A stretch of DNA of 64,000 nt from an uncultured Verrucomicrobiae bacterium. GTDB lineage: Bacteria; Verrucomicrobiota; Verrucomicrobiia; Chthoniobacterales; UBA10450. The stretch spans positions 672,001-736,000 of the forward strand of contig CAVYXA010000001.1 of assembly GCA_963772365.1 (NCBI GenBank). Direction: 5' to 3'. Position 1 is the stretch's first letter; the number at the start of each line of letters is the position of its first letter. A program made the translations under genes and the position numbers. This document shows, in pieces, positions 10,723 to 21,488 of this stretch. Under the pieces are notes generated by a model, which worked only from the letters and a program-made list of their open reading frames with translations, ran no database searches and had not been told where the DNA came from.

Positions 10723-10842
10723 AGCAACACTACCGCAATCGCAAAAATAATTGAGATAGAAATTTGAGCTTAGCTTAATTCAAACACGCAGGCTGAGCCC
10801 GTGTATCAAAGTGGGAACTGAGTCTTCAGTGTCGTCGTGAAA

Positions 10843-11310
10843 CTATCCGACGCGGGAGAAAGTGTTAGTGCGCGTGATGGGTGTGCCGTCAACGGCGGTG
10901 GTGTGTAGCTGGATGATGAGTTCATTGTCTACGACGCGCGCGTCCCTCACGTATGTCGCGCCGATGTTGGCCGGAGCGATTGAACCTTCAATCGTCGTCG
11001 CGATCGTGCCCGCGCTCTCGTCGACGCTGTACGCGCCAAAGTAAGCGTCGTATCCGTTAACGCCGACGGTGTTATCCTTGGGTTGGGCGCGCTGCGACAA
11101 ATTTTTTTGCCCCGACCGATCGCGTTTCATGAACTGGGCGGCAAAATGACTTGGCCCGAAACAAAGGATGCCAAGCGGATCCGGGCCGAGAAACGGATCG
11201 ATCTGGACTTGTCCGGCAGCGTCCACATCCACCCGTGATTTCAGTTTCCAAATCCCGCGAATCGCAGCGGCAAGCTTGCCGGTTACCGGTGGGAGAGAAT
11301 CTTTCTTCAT
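10843..11310 (-). CDS. Lipocalin-like domain protein
   Basis: GIWKL, FLG.DP.G.L and YDAYFGAYSVD pattern. Confidence 0.75.
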   Translation of the reverse strand: MKKDSLPPVTGKLAAAIRGIWKLKSRVDVDAAGQVQIDPFLGPDPLGILCFGPSHFAAQFMKRDRSGQKNLSQRAQPKDNTVGVNGYDAYFGAYSVDESAGTIATTIEGSIAPANIGATYVRDARVVDNELIIQLHTTAVDGTPITRTNTFSRVG

Positions 11311-11377
11311 GTGATCTTCATCGGCTTCCTTCCTCAACTTCTCAACCATTTCGGGCGAAATGTTGAATGTTTAGACA

Positions 11378-11418
11378 CGGCTCCGGTTGACCCCAAGGTC
11401 CGGCCCCGGTTGACCCCA
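11378..11418 (+). repeat. Tandem 18-bp repeat CGGCYCCGGTTGACCCCA, two copies
   Basis: Copies at 11378-11395 and 11401-11418 with one mismatch. Confidence 0.85.
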
Positions 11419-11842
11419 CGGTTGTGGCATCTGCTCACCGACGAACCGCTCCCGAAACCCGCTTCAAAAGAACGCAAATGACGGCTCAACTTTCAGTGCA
11501 ACCGATAAGCCGCTTGGTTAATTCTAGGCGATGATTTGCCAAATGCCGGTTTAACGTTTCCACGCCAGCACCGGATGCAGATGCAAAAAGATAACCGTCC
11601 TTTCGGCTTCCGCAGCGCGTGCGCACTTGACTGCTTAAAGCAGTCAAGTTTGCAGCGGCAGCAGAATGTGTGGATGTTTCTGAGAAGCTGAGGTCGGCGT
11701 GGCCACCGGGTGCCGGAAAAAGTTTGAATATTAGAGGCGCCGACAGACCGAATTGAACTCATCTGATCGCGCCAAGCCGGCCAAATCTTAAATGCCTGCT
11801 CGCGAACGGAGCGAGCCTCGGAGCATGCCTTTTTGTGGAGCA

Positions 11843-12409
11843 CTAAGAGGACGACGGACGCGACGTTTCTGAGATCGGGAACTTAAACCCGTAATAGGAG
11901 TTGCTTTTCTCCTCGGTTCTCCAGAGCGCAACGACCCGCAGATCACCGCTGTATTGTCGCATTCCGTTTTCCCACGCCTGCCAGACTTCGTCGTAGATGT
12001 AGCCGAGCCGCCAGTAAACCCATTCTTCGGCGCAAAGATTGAAATAGCGCACGAACTTGAGCTGTGTCTCCATTTCGAAATCGCCCCTTCGCGACGAGGC
12101 GAATTGTAAATCAGTCCCCAATTCGTCATATCGCTCGTTGAACTCTTTCAAGAGATCTTTGATCAACCGTGCATCTTCGCCGTGTCGACGATGGATGTAG
12201 AAGGCAAGCGCTCCAATCCCGCCCACGACAGTCAGGAGCACGCTGCCGCTTCGATGACTGGGAGGAACCAGGAGATAAACAATCAAGATCAGCACCGCAC
12301 CGGCGATCGACGACAGCCAAATTAACCGCCGGTCCCACAACGGCCTCGCTCGCAGTTGGAGCATTCCTCTTTTCAGGAAGGAATCTGATGGGCGTTCGGT
12401 GTCGTGCAT
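11843..12409 (-). CDS. Two-TM hypothetical protein
   Basis: N-terminal TMs, then FNERYD...YFNLCAEEW...GYI...VW..W. Confidence 0.7.
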   Translation of the reverse strand: MHDTERPSDSFLKRGMLQLRARPLWDRRLIWLSSIAGAVLILIVYLLVPPSHRSGSVLLTVVGGIGALAFYIHRRHGEDARLIKDLLKEFNERYDELGTDLQFASSRRGDFEMETQLKFVRYFNLCAEEWVYWRLGYIYDEVWQAWENGMRQYSGDLRVVALWRTEEKSNSYYGFKFPISETSRPSSS

Positions 12410-12804
12410 CGAAATTCAGGATTCTTCAAAATAGTCGCTGTTGATCTTCGTTTCGAGAGAAGAAAGCGTTCGCGGGAATAAAATGAAGGGCAGTTTTCAG
12501 CGGTGATCATTTCTGCAACCGATACGGCGTTTCATTAATCCAGAGCAACGATTTAGCGGTTTTCGCCTTAACGCTTCAACGCCAACGCCAGATGCATCTG
12601 AAAAAATGGACCGACGTCTTTCTGTCCTTCGGCTTTGTCGGCGCTTGTAGTATGGAGGCGACCACGCAATTGTCGAAGACCCGCCGTCAGTTGCGAGTTG
12701 GATCAGCGGAGAGATCTCGCTTCGCACTGAGTCGTCGATTCAACGACGGTATTGGCGCATTCCGGAATGTGGCGACCATGTCAGCTCCAAAAAAGGTACA
12801 AAGA

Positions 12805-12844
12805 AAAGCCGCCGCGTAAAACTTCGTCACGCGGCGGGCTTTTC
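12805..12844 (-). terminator. Intrinsic terminator, possibly bidirectional
   Basis: ccgccgcgt/acgcggcgg stem with A/T tracts on both sides, downstream of 12865-13902. Confidence 0.7.
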
Positions 12845-12864
12845 GTTAATGACCGAATTATTTC

Positions 12865-13902
12865 TTAGCTGCTCAGGCCTAACGATTCGAGCGTGGGTTC
12901 GTCGATCACGGCCGTGGCGTAAAGGCCGTTGTCTCGTTGATAATCGACCAGCGCCTGGCGTGTTAACGGGCCGAGTAATCCATCGACTTCACCCTCGTAA
13001 TAGCCTGCGTCCTTCAAGATGGATTGGACATCGGCGATCACTTGATCCGGCGGCTCGGCACTGTGTCCGACATAGATCGGGGCTTCGGTGGCGTAATATT
13101 GTTCGCTCGGGTCGTATCCCCACGCCGGGAACCAATAGCCGTTGTCAAAATAATAGTAACCGCCACCGATCAACTCGATGCGATGATAACGCGAGTGATA
13201 CCATCCGCGATCATGCCGTTCCGGATGATAGGAACGAAACACACTGTACTGCGGTCCCTGCCACTCATCGGCGCCCCGGATGCGAAAGTTCGCGTTGAAC
13301 TGAACTGGCGGGATTTTTTCGGGTCGCGACCGGGCCTTGAAATTGGCGTGCTCGCTCTTGACCTTTTGGACGACCTGCTGGTCCAGTTGTTTACCGCCTT
13401 TCCCGTGTCCGCGGCCCGGGTGGGCACTGACATTCGTATTAGTTTGCATACGTGCTTTGCCAGAAACCGACGGTGAAGCGCTGGCAGTGGGAGTTCCGGT
13501 TTCATTTCGGGCATTCCGGCCATGTCGGCCTTTGCCTTTGCCGCCCATGGCGGGGCTGGCGGTGGCCTGGGGCGACGTGTTTGTCATCGCGGGCGCAACG
13601 GTGTTCGTCTTGCCTTTAAGCGTTTTTCCCCGGCCCCATTTACCTGCGTTTTGCGACGCGCCAGTATTGGTGGTGGTATTTGGATTCGCGTTCAGTCCGG
13701 TATTTTTCTGGCCGGTTGCTCTGCCAGCCCGGCCATGTTGTTTCGCCGGCTTGGCTTCATGGGGCGTCCCGGTGGTCTGGGTTTGGTCGGCCTGATTCTT
13801 CTTTTTCTTCGAGTGCTGGTTCTGATCATCCGGCTGCGCCGCCATAGCGGCTGCGGCCAGGGTCAGTGAGGTGCTGATCAATAAAACGATAAACTTTTTC
13901 AT
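12865..13902 (-). CDS. Secreted protein with a low-complexity N-terminal half and a C-terminal peptidoglycan-binding domain
   Basis: Signal peptide; VQSILKDAGYY.GEVDGLLGPLTRQALVDYQ PG_binding_1 pattern. Confidence 0.85.
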   Translation of the reverse strand: MKKFIVLLISTSLTLAAAAMAAQPDDQNQHSKKKKNQADQTQTTGTPHEAKPAKQHGRAGRATGQKNTGLNANPNTTTNTGASQNAGKWGRGKTLKGKTNTVAPAMTNTSPQATASPAMGGKGKGRHGRNARNETGTPTASASPSVSGKARMQTNTNVSAHPGRGHGKGGKQLDQQVVQKVKSEHANFKARSRPEKIPPVQFNANFRIRGADEWQGPQYSVFRSYHPERHDRGWYHSRYHRIELIGGGYYYFDNGYWFPAWGYDPSEQYYATEAPIYVGHSAEPPDQVIADVQSILKDAGYYEGEVDGLLGPLTRQALVDYQRDNGLYATAVIDEPTLESLGLSS

Positions 13903-14493
13903 AATTGTGTGTTTGTCGGCTGCTGGTCTAATTCTATTCAGTTTGCGTGCACTTCGCCTCGGGACGTCGCGCGTTCAAACAGTTGTCTGTTAACAATTAA
14001 TCGTGCGCGGGGGCGGGTAAGGATGGAAAAGAGTAGGAGGACGGGGACGGTTCTCCCGATAACTCGGTCGGATTGATTCAAGCGGGAGGCGCAATTCGAC
14101 AGATCCAGACCGTCCTTCTGCGTCTTACCTCTACTTTGCGCGCCCAGGAGGAAAAGCGCGGGGGAGAGATGACGAAGCGAGGAGTCTGGATCTTATGGCA
14201 GTTCCCTTACCAGACGGGCCAGGGTTTTTGGCAGGCCGACTTTGCACCCGTAGATGAAAAATGCTTCCCATTTTCTCAACATCGGGAACTCATCGATGGG
14301 TTCAGGATGCTTTTGGATCGTTTGCGGTCCAACGTTGCGATAAAGATGGCTGTGGTTGTTTGCTCCATTGTGCAGTGTTCTGGTCCATACGTGAGGTTGA
14401 GCAGCCATCATGCGGTCCCCTGATCAGTTCTTGCTAATGATTGGTTGTTTCTTGCCGCGATCTGCGATGTGAGATGCGCGTGCCCTGCGACCG

Positions 14494-15654
14494 TTAGCTT
14501 AGGAATTCTGCGATGGGTTCGACTGATTCGATGTGGGTGCAAAAGATTTTGAAGGCGGCCAGGATCGGCACGGCCAGGATGACGCCGGGCACACCCCACA
14601 TCCAGCCCCAGAATGTTAACGATAGCAAGACCATCACCGGGTTGAGCGTCAGCCGCCGACCCATGACCCAGGGCGTGATGAAATTTCCTTCGAGCACGGC
14701 GAACCCCAAATACATTGCCGGAAAAATCAACGCGTAGCCGATGTTGTCGAAGCTCAACATCGCGCCGAGCGTCATGCAAATGATGCCGGTAAGCGCGCCG
14801 AGATAGGGCACGAAGTTCAATAGTGCGACCATGGCGCCCCACATGACCGGGTTGCGCAGCCCGAGCAGACCGGCGGTGGCGCCCACGGCAAGGCCGAGGC
14901 CGAGATTGATCAAGGTAACTGTAAGCAGATAACGGGAAACGTTCGCTTCGATTTCGTTAGCGATCATGACGGCCCGTTTCTTGTCATTCATCGTCGGGAG
15001 CAGCTTGATCAGTTTGGTTAGAAAAACACCGTCGTAAGTGAGGAGGAAATAGAGCAGGATCAGAAGGAGGACGAGACTCGCGATGAATTCCGAGCCGCGG
15101 GCGTAGAGGGTCTCGGTGATCGGATGATGTTTCACTTCGACAACGGGTTTGGCCAGCGCGTTGTCGGGGCTGGCCAGTTTTTCGAGTTCGCCGCTGGCTT
15201 TGGCCACGCTTTGCATCGGTTGGCGAAGCGGCAGTAATTTCCATTGGATGGTTTGCATGCTGTAGGGCGCTTTTCGCAGCCAGCTCACAGCGGGCGCGGT
15301 CAGAGCCGAAACGGCATAACCAATAACTGCCACCATACCAATCAGAACGATGGCAGCGCCGAAACCTGACGGGATGTAAATCCGGGCGAGCGCGCGCACA
15401 ATCGGCCTGAGCAAATAACTCAGGAGCAATGCAAGCACCAGCGGGAGGAGGATCGCCCGCATGAAATACATTGTGTAAAAGATCGCGAGGACGAGCAGAC
15501 CGGTGAGCGCGATCGATCGGACATCAAACGTACGGCGGGTCACGACGGTTTTTGGGCGAGGCGGCGGGGGCGCGCCATTCAGCTCGTCATCGGTCGCCGG
15601 AGTCGCCGCCGTCGGGAAAACAGTGGGAGGGCTCGCGATCGAATCCATCGTCAC
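14494..15654 (-). CDS. AI-2E family transporter
   Basis: Multi-TM; LNFVPYLG, EGNFITP and WGWMWGVPG motifs. Confidence 0.9.
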   Translation of the reverse strand: MTMDSIASPPTVFPTAATPATDDELNGAPPPPRPKTVVTRRTFDVRSIALTGLLVLAIFYTMYFMRAILLPLVLALLLSYLLRPIVRALARIYIPSGFGAAIVLIGMVAVIGYAVSALTAPAVSWLRKAPYSMQTIQWKLLPLRQPMQSVAKASGELEKLASPDNALAKPVVEVKHHPITETLYARGSEFIASLVLLLILLYFLLTYDGVFLTKLIKLLPTMNDKKRAVMIANEIEANVSRYLLTVTLINLGLGLAVGATAGLLGLRNPVMWGAMVALLNFVPYLGALTGIICMTLGAMLSFDNIGYALIFPAMYLGFAVLEGNFITPWVMGRRLTLNPVMVLLSLTFWGWMWGVPGVILAVPILAAFKIFCTHIESVEPIAEFLS

Positions 15655-15714
15655 GATAAGAATCGCTTTTGGAGCGAGGTTTACGCGCCTTTCCCAAAAG
15701 TTGGTGAATGAAAA

Positions 15715-16551
15715 TCAGCTGCCTGGACGCTTGGACGAAATGTCGACGAGATCTTCGCAAACCGAGCCAATCTCGCGGACCGTCTTTTCCGATATCGGTC
15801 CACTATCCCGTTCAATAAGCGCGCGAATCTTGCGGATTCCTTTGAGCATTTTCACCACAGCGGGACGGCTGCGGATATCACGTCGCATCCCGACGAGTTG
15901 GTTCTCCAAATAATCGATCACGGCGGGTTGGCGAAGTAGTTCGGCGCGCGCCGGAGAATAATTCTGAAGCACCAGTGCACAGAGCGCTTCGGTCCCGCGC
16001 AACCAGCCCGCCAGACTCACCAGTTGCGAGAGTGACTCGCTGCGCAGCTCGATCATTCCTTTTTCCAAATCGGAGAGCACGTCATTCCATTCCCTGCGGG
16101 CCGATTTCCATTTCTCCTCCTCGGCGTAGTCCATGATGCTTCGACTTCGCCGCAGGGCTCGTCGCCCCACCCCGAGGCCACGCGACAAAGCCAGCACACC
16201 GTGACCGATATCCTTCACTTCAGCGGAATCTTTTCCTTCCATGGCAATGAAACCTTCGGCCACCACAACGCCAAGGAGAAGCGCCATCTGGGTTTGATCG
16301 CCGTGTGATTTCCATTGAACGATCTCTGGACGCTGAACGACGCGCCAGTAGGCGCCATCGAAGCGGTCGAGCAGACGGAAAATTTCCTCAGGCACAGGAA
16401 CGAGAACCCCCTGCACCGGCTTAGCCTGGGCGGGAAGCGGTTCTTTTGCTGGTTGCGGCGTCTGGGCCACGAGAGGCAGGGATGTGGCCAGAAGAATCAC
16501 GAGCAGAATTTTTCCTATGAACTTCATGAATCGGCAGTTCTCTGGAAACAT
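15715..16551 (-). CDS. Exported hypothetical protein
   Basis: Signal peptide; helical 278 aa ORF. Confidence 0.65.
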   Translation of the reverse strand: MFPENCRFMKFIGKILLVILLATSLPLVAQTPQPAKEPLPAQAKPVQGVLVPVPEEIFRLLDRFDGAYWRVVQRPEIVQWKSHGDQTQMALLLGVVVAEGFIAMEGKDSAEVKDIGHGVLALSRGLGVGRRALRRSRSIMDYAEEEKWKSARREWNDVLSDLEKGMIELRSESLSQLVSLAGWLRGTEALCALVLQNYSPARAELLRQPAVIDYLENQLVGMRRDIRSRPAVVKMLKGIRKIRALIERDSGPISEKTVREIGSVCEDLVDISSKRPGS

Positions 16552-16880
16552 CTTCCATTTCGGGGGCTGTCATTCAAGGAATTCGCACAGATTCGATGAT
16601 TACCGTGCGTAGTCACAATCGCGGCGCCAGCAGCGCCTTACACGCAGTTTTGCTGATTCCTAACGGGCCCGTCACCCAATGAGGTCCCTGATCATGAGGA
16701 ATCGTAGTCGTCACTTAAGATGAGAAAGAAAAACAGCGTCGCTCGGAACCAAGCGAGTTCCGGGAGACGCTGTCCGCAGATTCGCTGATGTGACAGTTTC
16801 GCTCCCGGCAAATCGTTCCCCTTTCAAATGCAATCGAGCAACCTATAAAAGTTGGACTCGCAAAACAGAGACCCCCCCTC

Positions 16881-17417
16881 ATGCTGAGCGGCGGCGCTAT
16901 GCGCGTGCTCCAGAATAGAACGGGGAATCGAAACGGAAATGGCCGGCGGGGGCCGGTTTCCATAGTCACGTCTCGGGATTTGCCGGCATCGCGGGAGGCC
17001 GTCTGGAAAAAGTTACTGTTTTTCGAAGAAGTCGCCGAGAGCCCGCCATTTTTCTTGCGTGGTTTCCTTCCGCGGCCGCTCGGAACCGAAGGATGCAAAG
17101 CGGAAGTGGGCGGTCAAGTGACATGTCGTTACGTCGGCGGGCATCTGCTCAAGCGCGTGACGCGCGTCATTCACGGCCACAGTTATTCGTTCGAAGTCGT
17201 TGAACAAGACCTGGGTTTGCCGGGGATTCGGCTGTTGGGCGGCGACTACTTGCTGCGTCAGCTCGCAAAAGGCCGGACGCGCGTCGTGCTTGCCACTCGT
17301 TATGAAAGCCTGAATCGGCCGCGCTGGTTGTATGAGCGGGTGGAGGCGGTGGTGTGCCATTCGTTTCATCGACATATTTTGAGCGCAATGAGCACCCAGG
17401 TGTGCGCTGAAAAATGA
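16881..17417 (+). CDS. SRPBCC/START-like hypothetical protein
   Basis: ASREAVWKKL...YSFEVVEQ...RTRVVLATRY pattern; start uncertain. Confidence 0.55.
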   Translation: MLSGGAMRVLQNRTGNRNGNGRRGPVSIVTSRDLPASREAVWKKLLFFEEVAESPPFFLRGFLPRPLGTEGCKAEVGGQVTCRYVGGHLLKRVTRVIHGHSYSFEVVEQDLGLPGIRLLGGDYLLRQLAKGRTRVVLATRYESLNRPRWLYERVEAVVCHSFHRHILSAMSTQVCAEK

Positions 17418-17803
17418 GTGCCGCCAGTTTGCTGCCTCCAGTGTGGCTGATCCATGTCGCAGTGGCCGCGGTTTGGTTTTACGAAGGACTGTGGTGCAAG
17501 CTCTTGAATGGTGATGCGAACCAGCTGCGAATTGCCGAACACATGCCGCGCTCGAACTCATACATCGCTTCGAATTTGCTAAGAGTGATTGGAGTCATCG
17601 AAGTGCTGATTGGGTTCTGGGTTTTGACCAGCGTCGCTTCGATCGTCTGCGCACTCGTCCAAACCGCGCTTCTGATCGCGCTAAACGCGTGCGGCCTGCT
17701 TTGGGCCCGGCAGTTCATTCATGATCCAGCCGGAATGGTAGTCAAAAATTTTGCGTTCCTGGTTTTGGTCTGGGTTTCGGCCAGTTTCCCGGCATGGACC
17801 TGA
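17414..17803 (+). CDS. DoxX-like membrane protein
   Basis: AAVWFYEGLWCKL, IGVIEV and DPAGMVVKN motifs. Confidence 0.8.
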   Translation: MSAASLLPPVWLIHVAVAAVWFYEGLWCKLLNGDANQLRIAEHMPRSNSYIASNLLRVIGVIEVLIGFWVLTSVASIVCALVQTALLIALNACGLLWARQFIHDPAGMVVKNFAFLVLVWVSASFPAWT

Positions 17804-18738
17804 TTGCCACTGCTCCAAAAACTGCGTGGGCCAGCGGTCGCTTTCGCGGACATGCTCGCGCCGGCAAATTGCTTTTCGGGCGCATGTACGAAGACGTAGC
17901 GATCGAGCTGCAGGCCTTTCAAACTCCCGGGCGAATTTTTTGCATTGCTTCCGCTGGTTGCACGGCCATCGCGCTTACCCGTCTTCACCGGGTTGTGGCC
18001 GTGGACAGTAATCCGGTTCAGCTCGCATATGTCGAGCGGCGTCTCACTGGATCACGGCTCGAACATGGCAGTGCCGAACGGATCCTCGCGGTTGCGCGCA
18101 CACTGGCAGCTTTGGCCGGATGGAAGCGAGAAATCATCCGGGTGTTCCTCGACCTCGATAATCCAAAGGAACAGCTTGTTTACTGGCAGCGTCATCTGAA
18201 TACGCAACGATTTCGCGTCGGTTTCGATTTTTTACTCGCGCGGAAAACCTTGCGCTCGATTTATTCGGCATCGCTCCTTGATGCTCTTCCAGCAAACAGC
18301 GGCGCCGTTTTACGAGGGCGAATGGAGCGCTGTTTCGCTCTTCATTCCAACCGCACAAATCCTTATGCGCGTGCCCTTCTTCTCGGCGAAGATCAACTCG
18401 CGCAGAAGATCGTCGATTCCGCCCAAATCGAACTCGTATGCGCTGATGCGGCTGACTTTCTTGAGTCCCAACCTACCGAAAGTTTTACCGGCTTTTCGCT
18501 TTCAAATATCCTCGATGGAGCCAATGGCCCGTACCAGCAGCGACTATTGGCGGCGGTGCAACACGCGGCTGCGCCGGACGCAATCGTGGTACTGCGCAGC
18601 TTCCGTGAGCCTAACGGCTCGACGCCAACCAACCCCGCGTGCCAGGATCGATCGATGCTCTGGGGAATTGTCGATGTTCGCCCAGCTGCCACACTTTCCT
18701 TCGCGACTGGCAGGCAGCCCTCGCCCGCATCGATTTGA
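17794..18738 (+). CDS. DUF3419/BtaA-like SAM-dependent protein
   Basis: YED..IE, IASAGC, AVDSNPVQL and FSLSNILD motifs. Confidence 0.75.
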   Translation: MDLIATAPKTAWASGRFRGHARAGKLLFGRMYEDVAIELQAFQTPGRIFCIASAGCTAIALTRLHRVVAVDSNPVQLAYVERRLTGSRLEHGSAERILAVARTLAALAGWKREIIRVFLDLDNPKEQLVYWQRHLNTQRFRVGFDFLLARKTLRSIYSASLLDALPANSGAVLRGRMERCFALHSNRTNPYARALLLGEDQLAQKIVDSAQIELVCADAADFLESQPTESFTGFSLSNILDGANGPYQQRLLAAVQHAAAPDAIVVLRSFREPNGSTPTNPACQDRSMLWGIVDVRPAATLSFATGRQPSPASI

Positions 18739-18753
18739 GTGGCCGCGGTTTGA

Positions 18754-19524
18754 TTACTGCGCGGTGTAACCGCCGTCGATGACGAGCTCGCTGCCGGTAA
18801 CGAATTTGGATTCGTCGGACGCGAGATACAGAATGCCGTAAGCGATATCGTCAGGTTCGCCAACGTGCCCGAGCGGGTGGCGCGCTGCAATTTGTTTGCG
18901 AAAGTCGTCGACTCCGCCGGTATATTCTTTGCCGAGACCTTCCACCATGGGCGTCCAGATGTAGCCCGGATGAACTGAGTTCACACGAATTTTATCTTTG
19001 GCATAAATGAGCGCGTCGTTCTTGGTCATCAATCGTACTGCGCCTTTGGAAGCATGATACGGCGGCACGTCGCCGGCACCGATCATTCCGTAGATCGACG
19101 AGAGATTAATAATGCTGCCGCCGCCCGCTTCGCGCAGGAACAGGATCGCGTGCTTCGTGCAAAAGAAGACGCCTTTGACGTTTACATTTTGCACTTTGTC
19201 CCATTCCGCTTCTGTGACTTCGTCGGTCGGTTTGTTTGCACCTGCGATCCCGGCGTTGTTCACCAGGATGTCGATCCTGCTGAACCGTTTTCGAACATCG
19301 GCAAACACCATTCTCACTTCCGATTCATTCGAAACATCCAGGTGCCAGTAAGCGACCGTGCCGCCGGTCTTCTCGATTTCCTTCGTCAATTCTTTGCCTT
19401 CCGCATCTTTCAGATCCGTTAACGCGACTTCGGCGCCTTCCTTCGCGAGAAGAACAGCCGTCGCCCGGCCGATTCCGAGCGCCGCTCCAGTTACGATTGC
19501 TACCTTGCCTTTAACTCGATCCAT
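18754..19524 (-). CDS. SDR oxidoreductase
   Basis: TGAALGIG, NNAG and YHASKG motifs. Confidence 0.95.
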   Translation of the reverse strand: MDRVKGKVAIVTGAALGIGRATAVLLAKEGAEVALTDLKDAEGKELTKEIEKTGGTVAYWHLDVSNESEVRMVFADVRKRFSRIDILVNNAGIAGANKPTDEVTEAEWDKVQNVNVKGVFFCTKHAILFLREAGGGSIINLSSIYGMIGAGDVPPYHASKGAVRLMTKNDALIYAKDKIRVNSVHPGYIWTPMVEGLGKEYTGGVDDFRKQIAARHPLGHVGEPDDIAYGILYLASDESKFVTGSELVIDGGYTAQ

Positions 19525-19595
19525 AAATCACAGTCCTAATCGAAAACCAGCCTCGCCGAGCGCCAGAATCGACGCCCGGCGATCATCATGAACCG

Positions 19596-20039
19596 CTATT
19601 GAACCTTTACGTCAACGACCTGCGGTTTGGCCGTTGGATTTTTGGGCAGATGGACTTTGAGCAGACCATCCTTGAACTCCGCCGCGATTTTCTTTTCGTC
19701 GGCGTCGTCAGGAAGAGTGAGGGTACGGAGGAATGTGCCATAGGACCGTTCGATCCTGTGGTATTTCTTTTCCTCATTCTCGGTCTTGCGCTCGCCGGAA
19801 ATGGAAAGGACGCCGTCCTCGACCATCACTTTCACTTCCTCTTTTTTCATCTCAGGCAAGTCCGCCTTCACCAGGTATTCCTTTTCATCTTCGGAGATAT
19901 CCACCGCTGGCGACCAATTCGGCAGGGTGAAATCACCGTTGCCGTTTGTCCGCTTGGGGAATGTGCCGAAGAAGCTGCTCAACCGATTCTGAACTTCGTC
20001 GAGCTCACGAAACGGGTTCCATAGTTCTAATGTTTTCAT
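19596..20039 (-). CDS. Hsp20 small heat-shock protein
   Basis: PAVDISE, ADLPE, ERSYG.F.R and DGLLKVHLPK motifs. Confidence 0.95.
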   Translation of the reverse strand: MKTLELWNPFRELDEVQNRLSSFFGTFPKRTNGNGDFTLPNWSPAVDISEDEKEYLVKADLPEMKKEEVKVMVEDGVLSISGERKTENEEKKYHRIERSYGTFLRTLTLPDDADEKKIAAEFKDGLLKVHLPKNPTAKPQVVDVKVQ

Positions 20040-20156
20040 AGTTGATTCCTTTCTCTGCGTCCTAAACAAACAGTATCGACAACAAGTCTGCTCGACGCTC
20101 TTTGCGGAACGCTATGCATTTTTTGGCGAGCTCGGCGCATGTATTGCCGCCGCCTT

Positions 20157-21275
20157 TCATTCGCCATTGTGAACATGTGCTTCGCGAAACTTGTTTGTTT
20201 TGCGCCGCTCCGGAAATGGATGTGACGCAAGTTTCCGCTCTTTTCGACTCGGTTTGCCCGGCGCATTAAACACATTGGAATTTTTTTGCTGCGTTTTGGA
20301 TGGCTTTTCCGGGCGTTTGCTCGCGGACTCCTGGAACAAATTGGCCAGCCTGATTGCTCGATGGGACGGCACAACGATAACCGAGCATGGAGCGTTACGA
20401 ACAACATGCTCTGCCGTGCTGCCAATGAGTACATGCTTGAAACCGGTCCAACCGTGGGTGCCAGTAACGATCAGATCCACGTTGCCATCTTTCGCGGCAT
20501 TGGTGATCTCTTCGACGGGCCATCCCATCTTTACGACCGTTTCGAACTTCACGCCTCGGAAGTTCGCCGAACTTGTAAATTCTCGCATTTGTTGCTCGGC
20601 ACTTTCCCGCATTGCTTTTTCCATCGCTGAGAAATCGTACATCGCGTAGCCATCGGTGGTGTAAGTGTAACCGAGATAAAGCGCGTGAAATACAATCAAG
20701 CTGGCGCCGGTTTGTTCGGCTAACGCAATGGAATAATTGAGCGCTTCCATCGAGCAGTCCGAGAAATCTACCGGCACAAGAATCGTTTTTATCGTGATCC
20801 TCTCTTCCTTCGATCCTTCTTTCCTCTCTCGAACCACGAAAACGGGACAGGGCGAGTGCTGCACCACACGCTCCGCCGTGCTGCCGAGAAAAACATGCTT
20901 GAGGCCAGTGCGACCGTGCGTCGGCATGACCACAAGATCGGCCGGAATCTCCGCCGCGATCCGGCAGATTTGATCGAATGCCGGCGCTCCCTCTCGCAAA
21001 TGCGTCTTGTCGGATGAAAGACCACCCCTGCGGGCAATTTCTTTTAGTTCCTTGGCGAGAGCCTCCATTCGATAATCCTCGAATGCGATCGGTGGTCTGC
21101 CGGTAGAAAACACCGGTCCCATAAACCCGGCCGGGTATTGTGGCACATGTATGTGAGCGAGATGAATCGTTGCCCCCGATGGCGCCGCCAGACGCTTCGC
21201 CGTTTCAATTGCCTGGATCGACATCTCTGAGAAATCGATCGGCACCAGAATGTTTCGAGTCGGTTCCGTTTTCAT
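20157..21275 (-). CDS. Universal stress protein with tandem USP domains
   Basis: Two ILVP.DFS ... THG.TG.KHV..GSTAE.VV repeats. Confidence 0.95.
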   Translation of the reverse strand: MKTEPTRNILVPIDFSEMSIQAIETAKRLAAPSGATIHLAHIHVPQYPAGFMGPVFSTGRPPIAFEDYRMEALAKELKEIARRGGLSSDKTHLREGAPAFDQICRIAAEIPADLVVMPTHGRTGLKHVFLGSTAERVVQHSPCPVFVVRERKEGSKEERITIKTILVPVDFSDCSMEALNYSIALAEQTGASLIVFHALYLGYTYTTDGYAMYDFSAMEKAMRESAEQQMREFTSSANFRGVKFETVVKMGWPVEEITNAAKDGNVDLIVTGTHGWTGFKHVLIGSTAEHVVRNAPCSVIVVPSHRAIRLANLFQESASKRPEKPSKTQQKNSNVFNAPGKPSRKERKLASHPFPERRKTNKFREAHVHNGE

Positions 21276-21488
21276 GGTTTAATCATCGCTACCCGGCAGT
21301 TCGCTGCTCAGCGTGATTTGCGAAAACCGAAGCGTTTTTTGTCCGGTTCGGGCGCGGCCTTGGCTGCTGCTGGTCCATGCCGGTGAATGCCGAGGGCAAA
21401 TCGTTGCGTCGAGTATCAGTCGACAGCAAACTGACTTTTCAGATTTCAACTCTTGGGCATTGTCACCGCAGTCAGACGTGGCGGCGTG

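Noticed and set aside
14073..14423. Overlapping small ORFs on both strands
   Set aside because: No motif or clear RBS; cannot choose a frame
16600..16880. Several hairpins and a CGCAAAAC motif, as a c-di-GMP riboswitch
   Set aside because: No GNRA tetraloop/receptor arrangement could be matched by eye
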